A DNA stretch of 41,170 nucleotides from a virus (Duplodnaviria > Caudoviricetes): positions 1 through 41,170 of IMG/VR virus record IMGVR_UViG_3300033067_002333. One strand, given 5' to 3'. How positions within the stretch are numbered: position 1 is the stretch's first letter; each line of letters begins with the position of its first letter. The position numbers and the translations under genes were made by a program. The notes beneath the pieces were generated by a model. That model was given only the letters and a program-made list of their open reading frames with translations, searched no databases and had not been told where the DNA came from. Below are positions 1-7,893 of this stretch, in pieces.

Positions 1-19
1 GGTGACGGCGACCGTGCCT
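1..19. other. cosN: left genome end, predicted 12-nt cohesive end GGTGACGGCGAC
   Basis: With the ends joined, aggcacg (41164-41170) and cgtgcct (13-19) are inverted arms flanking nt 1-12. The core shares CGGCGAC with lambda GGGCGGCGACCT and lies upstream of terS/terL. Confidence 0.75.
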
Positions 20-44
20 TTTCACCACGCAGCACGCCTGAAAT

Positions 45-185
45 CAGGTTGACAGGTTGACGCCGAACGCGTAACGCGAGGGGGCGCAATGAGTTGCAGC
101 GATAGTGTCAACCCGCAGCCGGTTGACAGTTTGCGCGTAGGAGCAGTGTGGGCAAAGACTTACGTCGGTGGGAAGCAGGTTGACA
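45..185. repeat. Five GGTTGAC motifs, candidate cosB-like small terminase binding sites
   Basis: caggttgac at 45-53, 53-61 and 176-184; ggttgaca at 121-128; inverted copy tgtcaacc at 106-113. Confidence 0.5.
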
Positions 186-616
186 CCGATTTGGACGTGC
201 TGAAGCGCGGAGACATCGCACACGCGATCGCCGAGGCCGACTCGGTCCGCGTGGTGCGCGCAGGAGAGCCGCCGCGCTGCCTTCTGTGCTCGCGCGAGTC
301 GGAGCCCGGCATCTTCGTCGTCGTGAAGCCGGCCACGGCCGGGACGACCGACCTCGATGGCAACCACTACGTGATGGTCTGCCGCCGCTGTCGTTCCGCT
401 GCGTCGGAGGACGCCGAATCGGCCGTCGTGGAACTCGCGAGAGCCGGCCGTCGCGCGGAAGAGCTGCTCATGTTCGTGCGCCGTCGCGCGGACATAGCCC
501 TCTCGGGGTGGTGGGGTGGCACCGGCGCGCTCACACGCGAGGAGCTCGAGGCCGCGAGCGTCGCGTTCCGCCGCGCCGTGGAGCGCCTCAAGCCGTTCCT
601 GCCGGGGGTGAGTTGA
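89..616 (+). CDS. Hypothetical protein with CxxC...CxxC zinc-binding motif
   Basis: CLLC and CRRC pairs; stop overlaps the next ATG (TGATG); start uncertain. Confidence 0.55.
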   Translation: MSCSDSVNPQPVDSLRVGAVWAKTYVGGKQVDTDLDVLKRGDIAHAIAEADSVRVVRAGEPPRCLLCSRESEPGIFVVVKPATAGTTDLDGNHYVMVCRRCRSAASEDAESAVVELARAGRRAEELLMFVRRRADIALSGWWGGTGALTREELEAASVAFRRAVERLKPFLPGVS

Positions 617-981
617 TGCCGGCTGAGCCAGCGCGCGACGTCGACCACGCTCTCATCATGGAGCGAGTGCGCGCACGCTCAGCCAAGCCGGCGTACTACG
701 CGTGGATCTACTGGTGGTTGGTGCCGGTCGCGCGAGAACACGGCTATGCGCTCGCGCTGCACGGGAGCATGGGCCGCGACCTCGACGTGGTCGCCGTGCC
801 GTGGACCGACGAGGCCGTGAGCGCCGAGGAGCTCTACGAAGCACTCGTCTCGTTCGTCCCGGGCTGGGCTCGCACCGAACCGACCGCGAAGCCCCACGGG
901 CGCGTGGCCTACCAGATCATCCTCGGCGGCGGCGCCTACGTGGACGTCTCGGTGATGCCGCGTTCGGAGCGGACTGGATGA
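616..981 (+). CDS. Phage protein with a minimal nucleotidyltransferase-like GS..RDLD motif
   Basis: ATG at 616; HGYALALHGSMGRDLDVVAVPW; ATGA overlap with terS. Confidence 0.6.
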   Translation: MPAEPARDVDHALIMERVRARSAKPAYYAWIYWWLVPVAREHGYALALHGSMGRDLDVVAVPWTDEAVSAEELYEALVSFVPGWARTEPTAKPHGRVAYQIILGGGAYVDVSVMPRSERTG

Positions 982-1589
982 CCACGAAGCGCTCGCGCGC
1001 TCCACAACCCAGACAGAAGCGCGCGGGCAAGGTCCCACTGGTCAGCCAGGCGGAGTACGCCCGCCACCGCGGCGTCAGTCGTGAGGCCGTGCGCAAGGCC
1101 CTGAGTGTCGGGCGGATCCGCGCGAACGCCCACGGCCTTATCGACCCGATCGAGGCCGATGCCATGTGGGCCGCGAACAGCTCGGCGAGCGCGACGCCCG
1201 CGGCCGCCCCGCCGATGCCGGCGCCGTCGCAAGCAGCTCCTCCGGCGGACGGCGACGCTGAGGGTGTGCAGTACTCGATGCCCCCGGGCATGACCCTCGT
1301 GCAGTCGATGACCGAGAAGAACTACATCAGCGCGCAGCGGACCAAGCTCGAGCTCGAGAAGGCGTCTGGCAAGCTGGTCGAGGTCGCCCTCGTCCAGGAC
1401 GTGGCGTTCACGGCCGCGCACAACGCGCGCGATCGCATCCTCAGCCTGCCGGAGCGCATCGGGGACGAGCTGGCGGCGATCACCGACGCGGCCGAGCTGA
1501 AGCGCCGGCTCCGAGCCGAGCTGCGGCTGATCACCGACGAGCTTGCCGGCGACGTCGACGTCGCGGAGCGCGAGGAGATGCAGTCGTGA
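978..1589 (+). CDS. terS: Terminase small subunit (Nu1-like)
   Basis: N-terminal HTH SQAEYARHRGVSREAVRKA; C-terminal LELEKASGKLV...ARDRILSLPERI; overlaps terL start. Confidence 0.8.
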   Translation: MTTKRSRAPQPRQKRAGKVPLVSQAEYARHRGVSREAVRKALSVGRIRANAHGLIDPIEADAMWAANSSASATPAAAPPMPAPSQAAPPADGDAEGVQYSMPPGMTLVQSMTEKNYISAQRTKLELEKASGKLVEVALVQDVAFTAAHNARDRILSLPERIGDELAAITDAAELKRRLRAELRLITDELAGDVDVAEREEMQS

Positions 1590-3517
1590 CCGCTGAGGAA
1601 CGCGCGCACGACGCGTTCATGAGCGGCTGGCGCGAGGGATGGCGGCGGCCGCCCTCCATCACGCTGAGCGAATGGTCCGACCTGCACCGCGTGCTGCAGC
1701 CGGAGTCCTCGTCGGAGCCAGGCAACTGGCGGACCGACCGCACGCCGTACCTGCGCGAGATCATGGACTGCCTCTCGGCGGACCATCCCTGCCACAAGAT
1801 CGTGTTCATGAAGTCGGCCCAGATCGGCGGGACAGAGATCGGGCTCAACTGGCTCGGCTACATCGTGCACAACTCGCCGGGCCCGACGCTCATCGTGTAC
1901 CCGACCGTCGAGGTCGCCGAGGACGTCTCGAAGGACCGCATCACGCCGATGATCCGGACGACGCCCGTCGTCGCGGAGCGCGTGTTCGAGAACAAGTCCC
2001 GCCGGGCCGAGAACACCATCCTGAACAAGTACTTCCGCGGTGGGCTCTTCAAGCTGACCGGCTCCAACTCGGCCGCGGGCCTGCGGTCGAAGCCGATGAA
2101 GAACCTCTTCTTCGACGAGGCCGACGGCTACACGGACAACGCCGACGGTGAGGGCGACCCTGTCGCGCTCGCGGTCGTGCGCTCCACGAACTTCGCCGGC
2201 AAGATCTTCATGCCCTCGACGCCGGGCGACAAGGGCGGCCGCATCGAGCGCGAGTTCCTGAAGGGCGACCAGCGCCGGTACTTCGTCCCCTGTCCGCACT
2301 GCGGCCACATGGACCACCTGCAGTGGGTGAACCTGCGCTGGACGAACGACGATCCGAGCACCGCGCAGATGGTGTGCGTGGACTGCGGCTGCTTCATCGA
2401 GGAGTTCCACAAGACCGCGATGCTCGCCGCCGGCGAGTGGCGCCCGACGGCCGTCAGCCCGAACGGCGTGCGCAGCTACCACATCAACGGGCTCTACTCG
2501 CCGCTCGGTTGGCTGTCCTGGGCGACGATGGCCGATGAGTGGCTCGCGGCCCAGAAGGACCCGACGCTTCTCAAGGCGTTCGTGAACACGCGGCTCGGCG
2601 AGTCGTACGAGGACCGCAACATCTCGGTGAAGCCGGATCTCGTGCTCGAGCACCGCGAGCCCTATCCCGCCCAGGTCCCGAATGGCGTCGGCGTCCTCGT
2701 CGCCGCGGTGGACGTGCAGGGCTCCTATCTCGCGTGGAAGGTGAAGGGCTATGGCGCCGGCGAGGAGTCATGGTTCATCGACTGGGGGATACTCGACGGC
2801 GACCCGGCGCAGGAGCAGGTCTGGAAGGATCTCGACGTCGTGCTGCAGCAGAGGTTCACGCACGAGAGCGGGCAGACGCTGCGCATCGAGGGCGTCTGTG
2901 TCGACGCCGGCGGGCACCACACCGAGTACGTGCACAAGTACACTCGCGCCCGCGCGTCGATGCGCTACTACGCGGTCCGCGGCGGCAACGAAGTGGGTCA
3001 GCCGATCGTGGGCAAGCCGACGAACAAGAACAAGTGGCGCGCCCGTGTCTACACGCTCTGCACCGACACGGCGAAGGAGATCATCTACACGCGGCTCAAG
3101 ATCGGGAAGCCCCTGCCCGGAGTGCGATCGCCGGGCTACATGCATATGCCCGACATCATCACGCAGGAGTACGCGGAGCAGCTCGTCGCCGAGAAGGCGA
3201 GCCGGCCACAGGTGAAGGGGCGGCCGGGCAAGCGCGTGTGGACGAAGACGCGCGAGCGCAACGAAGCACTCGACCTCGAGGTCTACTGCCTCGCCGCGCT
3301 CAAGATCCGCGGGCAGGCGTTCATCAAGACGCTCGCGGAGCGTGCGGCGCGGTACGCACGGCCGACGCTGCGGCTGCCGGATGTCCAGGCTCAGGCGACG
3401 GCGGCGGTCACCAAGCCGCCCCTGCCGCCGGACCCGCTGAAACCTCCGCGGGTACCCCCACAGTCAAGGCCGCCCCGCCGGACCAACTGGGTGACGCGGG
3501 GGCTGAAGTGGCGCTGA
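1586..3517 (+). CDS. terL: Terminase large subunit, lambda gpA family
   Basis: Walker A KSAQIGGTE, Walker B LFFDEAD, PSTP, CPHC, FVNTRLGE, VDVQ, RNEALDLEVY. Confidence 0.96.
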   Translation: MTAEERAHDAFMSGWREGWRRPPSITLSEWSDLHRVLQPESSSEPGNWRTDRTPYLREIMDCLSADHPCHKIVFMKSAQIGGTEIGLNWLGYIVHNSPGPTLIVYPTVEVAEDVSKDRITPMIRTTPVVAERVFENKSRRAENTILNKYFRGGLFKLTGSNSAAGLRSKPMKNLFFDEADGYTDNADGEGDPVALAVVRSTNFAGKIFMPSTPGDKGGRIEREFLKGDQRRYFVPCPHCGHMDHLQWVNLRWTNDDPSTAQMVCVDCGCFIEEFHKTAMLAAGEWRPTAVSPNGVRSYHINGLYSPLGWLSWATMADEWLAAQKDPTLLKAFVNTRLGESYEDRNISVKPDLVLEHREPYPAQVPNGVGVLVAAVDVQGSYLAWKVKGYGAGEESWFIDWGILDGDPAQEQVWKDLDVVLQQRFTHESGQTLRIEGVCVDAGGHHTEYVHKYTRARASMRYYAVRGGNEVGQPIVGKPTNKNKWRARVYTLCTDTAKEIIYTRLKIGKPLPGVRSPGYMHMPDIITQEYAEQLVAEKASRPQVKGRPGKRVWTKTRERNEALDLEVYCLAALKIRGQAFIKTLAERAARYARPTLRLPDVQAQATAAVTKPPLPPDPLKPPRVPPQSRPPRRTNWVTRGLKWR

Positions 3518-3545
3518 GGGGTCTCAACCGGAGCCCCCGTTTCGT
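3518..3545 (+). terminator. Possible intrinsic terminator after terL
   Basis: Bulged stem ggggtctc/gagccccc followed by gtttcgt. Confidence 0.3.
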
Positions 3546-3862
3546 GCACTCCCGGGCCGGAAGCCGTTACGGGGCAACGCTCGGGACCCATAACGCGCAC
3601 TGTCACGACTCGGGTGACGATTCGTGCATTCTGCGTTACAGCCGCAGTTGCAGCCGTTTCTTGACGTTCCCCAGCCCCGTGATTGCATCATAATTGCCGT
3701 TACCGCGCGTAGGTCCCCACAGGCGTAACGGTGGACTCGGCTGGACAAATGTGGAGAAACGAGTAGCTTTGCGGTCGCTCGCCGGGGCCGGACCAGTGCC
3801 GACCCCCACCCCCCGGAAGGTGCATCGTTCAGGAAAACCCCACCTGAACCGATAAGGAGCAT

Positions 3863-4060
3863 ATGTCCGACTTCCTGTTTGCACAGCCCTCGTTGATCTC
3901 AGGGCTCGGTCGCTGCCTAGACATCGGTGGCACCTACGACGGCTACAACGTCTCCGCCACTCCTGAGCAGGCGGATAGCCGTGCGCTCGCCGCCGATTTC
4001 GCGGCCACTGGTGGAGACATGCGTTCCGCTCTCAAGCAGTTCGCTGCAGGGCGTGAGTAA
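3863..4060 (+). CDS. Small hypothetical protein, partner of the DUF2335 gene
   Basis: aaggag RBS; 65 aa FLFAQPSLISG...ADSRALAADF; overlaps the next start. Confidence 0.7.
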   Translation: MSDFLFAQPSLISGLGRCLDIGGTYDGYNVSATPEQADSRALAADFAATGGDMRSALKQFAAGRE

Positions 4061-4529
4061 CAAGCCAAAGCGTCAACACCATCCACCCGTGATGCAGGGA
4101 ACGCGACAGGCAACTTCTGCTGTCGCGCGATCCCAGAACATGCAGGTGGAGTTGTCGCAGCATTATCAGGGCCCCATCCCGAGTCCTGAGATGTTCGCTG
4201 AGTACGAGCGCGCGCTCCCCGGCTCTGCGGATCGAATCCTCGGCATGGCGGAGGCCCAGTCGAAGCACCGCATGCAGATGGAGAGCCAGGTTGTCGTGGG
4301 CAACCTCAAGTCACAGAACGTCGGGCAATGGATGGCGTTTGTGGTCGTGCTGGGCGGGATGGGCTTGGGAGCTTGGTTCATTACGCACGGATACGACACT
4401 GCTGGATTCACCGCGATGCTCACGCCACTCGGTGGAGTTGCAGGTATCTTCGTCTGGGGTCGCTTCCGGCAGGAGAAGGAGCGCCAGCGCAAGCTCGAGC
4501 AAACGACGGGGCAGGGTCGCGAGGAGTAG
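4053..4529 (+). CDS. DUF2335 membrane protein
   Basis: GPIPSPEMFAEYERALPGSADRILGMAEAQSKHR followed by two TM helices; GTG start inferred. Confidence 0.85.
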   Translation: MSNKPKRQHHPPVMQGTRQATSAVARSQNMQVELSQHYQGPIPSPEMFAEYERALPGSADRILGMAEAQSKHRMQMESQVVVGNLKSQNVGQWMAFVVVLGGMGLGAWFITHGYDTAGFTAMLTPLGGVAGIFVWGRFRQEKERQRKLEQTTGQGREE

Positions 4530-4541
4530 GAGGCGGGCGAA

Positions 4542-5129
4542 TTGAGTTCGATCCATGAGGACGCGTGGGCCGCGGTGGCGCGACGCATATTCAGGCGCCT
4601 CGTCGACGCTCAGAATTGCCCGTGCTGCAATCACACTGGCCCCGTGAACAGCTACGGGGACCACTGGGACGGATGCCCGATGAGGGACCTCCTCATTGTC
4701 GCCGCTTCCGACGGTGACCCGGACAGGTTGATGCTCGACGATAGCCCGGTCGCCGCGACTCCAACGCAGAGCACGCGCAAGGTCCGGATCGGGGCGATCG
4801 ACGTGAACGTCGAGGCTCCTAACGGGTACGACGTCGAGGTCATCGGGGGCGAAGGCGAGTGGGACACCCCGTACTCCATCCGGATCCTGGAGCAGCCGCT
4901 TGGGCCTCGGACTGGCCGGACGCGCGACCCGCTGACAAGGTCCGTCCTGCTGGGACAAATAGCGGGCGCTGACTTCCACGCTGACATCCCTGTGGGCTAC
5001 GACGCCAAGCTCGTGGTCCATCCCGCTGGGAAGAGCTTCCAAGTGTTCATGTCGCCGCAGTCTCCGAACCTCCTCTTCAGCAATGGGGCGTCGATACACA
5101 CCGAGCACCCCGACCCGCCCAAGTCCTGA
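4542..5129 (+). CDS. Hypothetical protein
   Basis: aggagg RBS upstream; Cys/His cluster CPCC...HWDGC; followed by a terminator. Confidence 0.5.
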   Translation: MSSIHEDAWAAVARRIFRRLVDAQNCPCCNHTGPVNSYGDHWDGCPMRDLLIVAASDGDPDRLMLDDSPVAATPTQSTRKVRIGAIDVNVEAPNGYDVEVIGGEGEWDTPYSIRILEQPLGPRTGRTRDPLTRSVLLGQIAGADFHADIPVGYDAKLVVHPAGKSFQVFMSPQSPNLLFSNGASIHTEHPDPPKS

Positions 5130-5147
5130 CATTCCGGCAGCACCCAG

Positions 5148-5181
5148 AAGCGGCCCGAGATTCCCCCGGCGGGCCGCTTTT
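5148..5181 (+). terminator. Intrinsic terminator
   Basis: 10-bp stem aagcggcccg/cgggccgctt running into a T-run. Confidence 0.65.
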
Positions 5182-5196
5182 CGGTGCCCTCCGATT

Positions 5197-5229
5197 ATGC
5201 TTGCTCCGAGCAAGCATTCCGTGTATTGT
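5197..5229 (+). promoter_or_regulatory. Sigma70-like promoter overlapped by a perfect palindromic operator
   Basis: TTGCTC (5201-06), 17 bp, TATTGT (5224-29); palindrome ATGCTTGCTC-C-GAGCAAGCAT at 5197-5217. Confidence 0.6.
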
Positions 5230-5279
5230 CTTCACATCGGCAGGTGATTGGCACCGGCCGAGTATCGAAGGAGGATGAG

Positions 5280-5744
5280 ATGTTCGAAACGATGGTCGAG
5301 CGGACGATGGGGGAGCTGGTGCGCGAAGTGCGCAAGGCCCCGCGCCTGCTCATCGGTGACTCTCCGTACAAGGGCGTCGTTCACGGTCCGGAGGACGTGA
5401 TTGCCGCTTGGCCGGAGTTGGTGTCCGCGGAGCGCGAGGTGTTCGGTGTCCTGTTGCTCAACGCACGCCATGGCATCACGCGTCGCGTCGTGGTGAGCAT
5501 CGGCTCGCTGAACGCTTCGATCGTCCACCCGCGCGAGGTGTTCCGCGTCGCCCTGCTCTACTCGGCGGCGTCCCTCGTGCTCGTGCACAACCACCCCAGC
5601 GGCGACCCGGAGCCGAGCGAGGAGGACGTGAACATCACGCGCCGCCTCATCGAGGCCGGTGACCTGATGGGCGTGGGCGTGCTGGACCACGTCATCATCG
5701 GTCGCAACGGAGTGGTCAGCTTCCGCTCCCGCGACATGATGTAG
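5280..5744 (+). CDS. radC: RadC-family JAB/MPN domain protein (short form)
   Basis: GSLNASIVHPREVF, HNHPSGDPEPSEED, VLDHVIIG; aggagg RBS before ATG 5280. Confidence 0.92.
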   Translation: MFETMVERTMGELVREVRKAPRLLIGDSPYKGVVHGPEDVIAAWPELVSAEREVFGVLLLNARHGITRRVVVSIGSLNASIVHPREVFRVALLYSAASLVLVHNHPSGDPEPSEEDVNITRRLIEAGDLMGVGVLDHVIIGRNGVVSFRSRDMM

Positions 5745-5753
5745 GAGGCGGCG

Positions 5754-5775
5754 GGCGGGGGCTTCGGCCCCCGCC
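5754..5775 (+). terminator. Stable C(UUCG)G hairpin after radC
   Basis: ggcgggggc-ttcg-gcccccgcc; no U-tract follows. Confidence 0.45.
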
Positions 5776-5986
5776 ACTGCCGCGGCGTCTCGGAGTCGGA
5801 ACTCCGACTCAATCTGCACGCGCGAAACCCGCGCGGGCTGAGGTACGATTGCACGCGCAGTTGGCGCGGGTGTTGCATGATGAGGAATGCCAGACGGCGG
5901 GTGGGGCCAATCTCCCGCAAGCGCTATCACCGGTGGGTCATCCTCCCGCCGAGGCGGCCAGTCGTCTGGCTCCAGGAGAAGGACTC

Positions 5987-6154
5987 ATGGACGAAGAGGA
6001 ACTGATCAAGGCTGCAATGACCGCGCTCTCTAAGCGCGGTGCATCGAAAGGCGGCAAGGCTCGCGCGAAGTCGATGACCGCTGAGCGTCGGAGCGAGATC
6101 GCGAAGAAGGCAGCGAAGAAGCGGTGGAGCAAGAAGCGGCCCGGTAAGCCTTGA
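5987..6154 (+). CDS. Small basic protein (KGG-like; similar to N-termini of P63C-domain proteins)
   Basis: KGGKARAKSMTAERRSEIAKKAAKKRW; aggagaagga RBS. Confidence 0.75.
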   Translation: MDEEELIKAAMTALSKRGASKGGKARAKSMTAERRSEIAKKAAKKRWSKKRPGKP

Positions 6155-7308
6155 GCCGGGACGAAGGCCGGCGCCGCGACAAACGTGTGGTGCATCTGCA
6201 ACGAGGCCGGCAGTTGCCAGAACACCCAGTGAAGCGAGCGAGCGATTGGGTGCGGACGCGATGGCCGCGTGGCTGGGTCGTCATGATGCTTGTTGGTTCG
6301 CTAATGACGCTCTTAGCTGGATGGATGACTGCCGACGCCGCTCTCGGGTGGTGGCAAACCCGTGCCAGACGAGCGACGCCAGTCCCCGCGAGGATTGAAT
6401 GGTACGGGATCGATGCTGGACATCCTGTGCCGCTTCCTCCCGACTCAGTGCCGCCTATCGATTCCCTCACGCCTGCGGATCTGGCTAGCAGGAGGGTGCG
6501 GTGGCCCCTGCAGATTGGTATCCGGAACGTCGCGAACTCCAAGCTGAGAGACGTGACCGTTAGGCTAAGATTCTCCGACTCCGTGTCAGTGATGGGCAAT
6601 AGGGTGCAGGAACTGGTTGGAGCGGATGGCAGCCATGTGTATTCAATTCCGGTTGGGACCCTGGAACAGTCGAATGACCTGACGCGAGTTGCTGAACGCG
6701 AGACACTCGAGATTCAGATTGGCGCGCTGCTGAAGGGTGCCATAAGGACGGGCGATGGGTTCCCAGAGTACATCGAGTGGTTCGGCAGCCCCGCTGAAAG
6801 CGCCAAGCGGTCCTTCCGAATCCCATTTACAGCGGAGGTGTATGCGGAGGGGTACAGGCCTCACGAGGTCGACCTGGGCCAATGGGGCCGGATGGAAACG
6901 AATCACTGGTGGCCGCCGCGTCAGGTTCCGATCCACACGAGCATCCCGTCGGCCTCACATCGGGCAATGTGGAGGCGCAGTTTTCATGAGGGCTGGGATG
7001 CGAGCGAACACGGAACCACAATCGCGTTCAAAACGGAGACGCGAGTAGAGTGGCCACCGCAACTGTTCGGAGGTGGGAGGCTTGTAGCCTACAGGGTCAA
7101 TGGCGTGGAGAGGCGCGTTGACGCCGATCTTGATTCGGATGGGAACCTAGACGCGATACTTGTCGGGGATGCCGGAGGGAGGCTCGTGAAGGTTCTCGCA
7201 CCCGTGGGAGAGATGCCGCTCAGGGCGCCATTCGATTACCCGAGGTCGCCTCAGTTGGACTGGAAACTGAAGTTCATGCAATTCCCCCGGCCTCCGTGGA
7301 GTAAGTGA
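6151..7308 (+). CDS. Orphan membrane-anchored protein
   Basis: 385-aa ORF of visibly lower GC; one hydrophobic segment near the N-terminus; start uncertain. Confidence 0.55.
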   Translation: MSRDEGRRRDKRVVHLQRGRQLPEHPVKRASDWVRTRWPRGWVVMMLVGSLMTLLAGWMTADAALGWWQTRARRATPVPARIEWYGIDAGHPVPLPPDSVPPIDSLTPADLASRRVRWPLQIGIRNVANSKLRDVTVRLRFSDSVSVMGNRVQELVGADGSHVYSIPVGTLEQSNDLTRVAERETLEIQIGALLKGAIRTGDGFPEYIEWFGSPAESAKRSFRIPFTAEVYAEGYRPHEVDLGQWGRMETNHWWPPRQVPIHTSIPSASHRAMWRRSFHEGWDASEHGTTIAFKTETRVEWPPQLFGGGRLVAYRVNGVERRVDADLDSDGNLDAILVGDAGGRLVKVLAPVGEMPLRAPFDYPRSPQLDWKLKFMQFPRPPWSK

Positions 7309-7893
7309 GCGCCGCAGCTTCTCGAGCGCCCGCTTGTGCAACAGGCTGATGTTGCCCTCTGTGCATCCGCGCCGCTTAGCAATCTCCCTGTTCGAGAGCC
7401 CGCCAAAGTAAATGGACCGCACGGCATCCGCCTGCGCCTCCGGCAGGATCCGATCAATCGTGGACAGGAGCTCCTCGCGCAGTGCGGCTGGCCGCATCGC
7501 GATCTCGAACGCAATCGCCGGGTCGGAGTCGAGAGGCGACACCAGGTTCTCCTCCTCGAGATCCTCGATCGGTACGGACCACCTGCGCGAGTGCGCCTCG
7601 GACTTCATCGAGCGACCGCCGACCATCCCGCGTATGAAGTCGCGCAGGGCGCCCTCGGCCTTGTTGTAGATCCACCAGCGCAGCTGCATGCCGCGAGTGG
7701 AGTCGTAGCGCTGCCACGCCCTCCACGCGGCGACGTCGGCGACCGCGCGGAAGTCCTGCAGCTCGGCTTGGCTCCGGTTATCGCGCCAGTACTTGTACGC
7801 GAGGGCATCGAGCATGCTGCTGTGCTGCCTGAGCATCGCCTCGACGGTCCGCGGATGGTCCTCGCGCGAGACCGGAGCCGGCCCGGCCGACAT
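7147..7893 (-). CDS. Sigma-70 family RNA polymerase sigma factor (regions 2 and 4)
   Basis: AAWRAWQRYDSTRGMQLRWWIYNKAEGALRDFIR (region 2); LPEAQADAVRSIYFGGLSNREIAKRRGCTEGNISLLHKRALEKLR (region 4). Confidence 0.88.
   Translation of the reverse strand: MSAGPAPVSREDHPRTVEAMLRQHSSMLDALAYKYWRDNRSQAELQDFRAVADVAAWRAWQRYDSTRGMQLRWWIYNKAEGALRDFIRGMVGGRSMKSEAHSRRWSVPIEDLEEENLVSPLDSDPAIAFEIAMRPAALREELLSTIDRILPEAQADAVRSIYFGGLSNREIAKRRGCTEGNISLLHKRALEKLRRSLTPRRPGELHELQFPVQLRRPRVIEWRPERHLSHGCENLHEPPSGIPDKYRV

Noticed and set aside
3661-3694. TTGACG...CATAAT promoter
   Set aside because: The 22-bp spacer is too long for a sigma70 promoter
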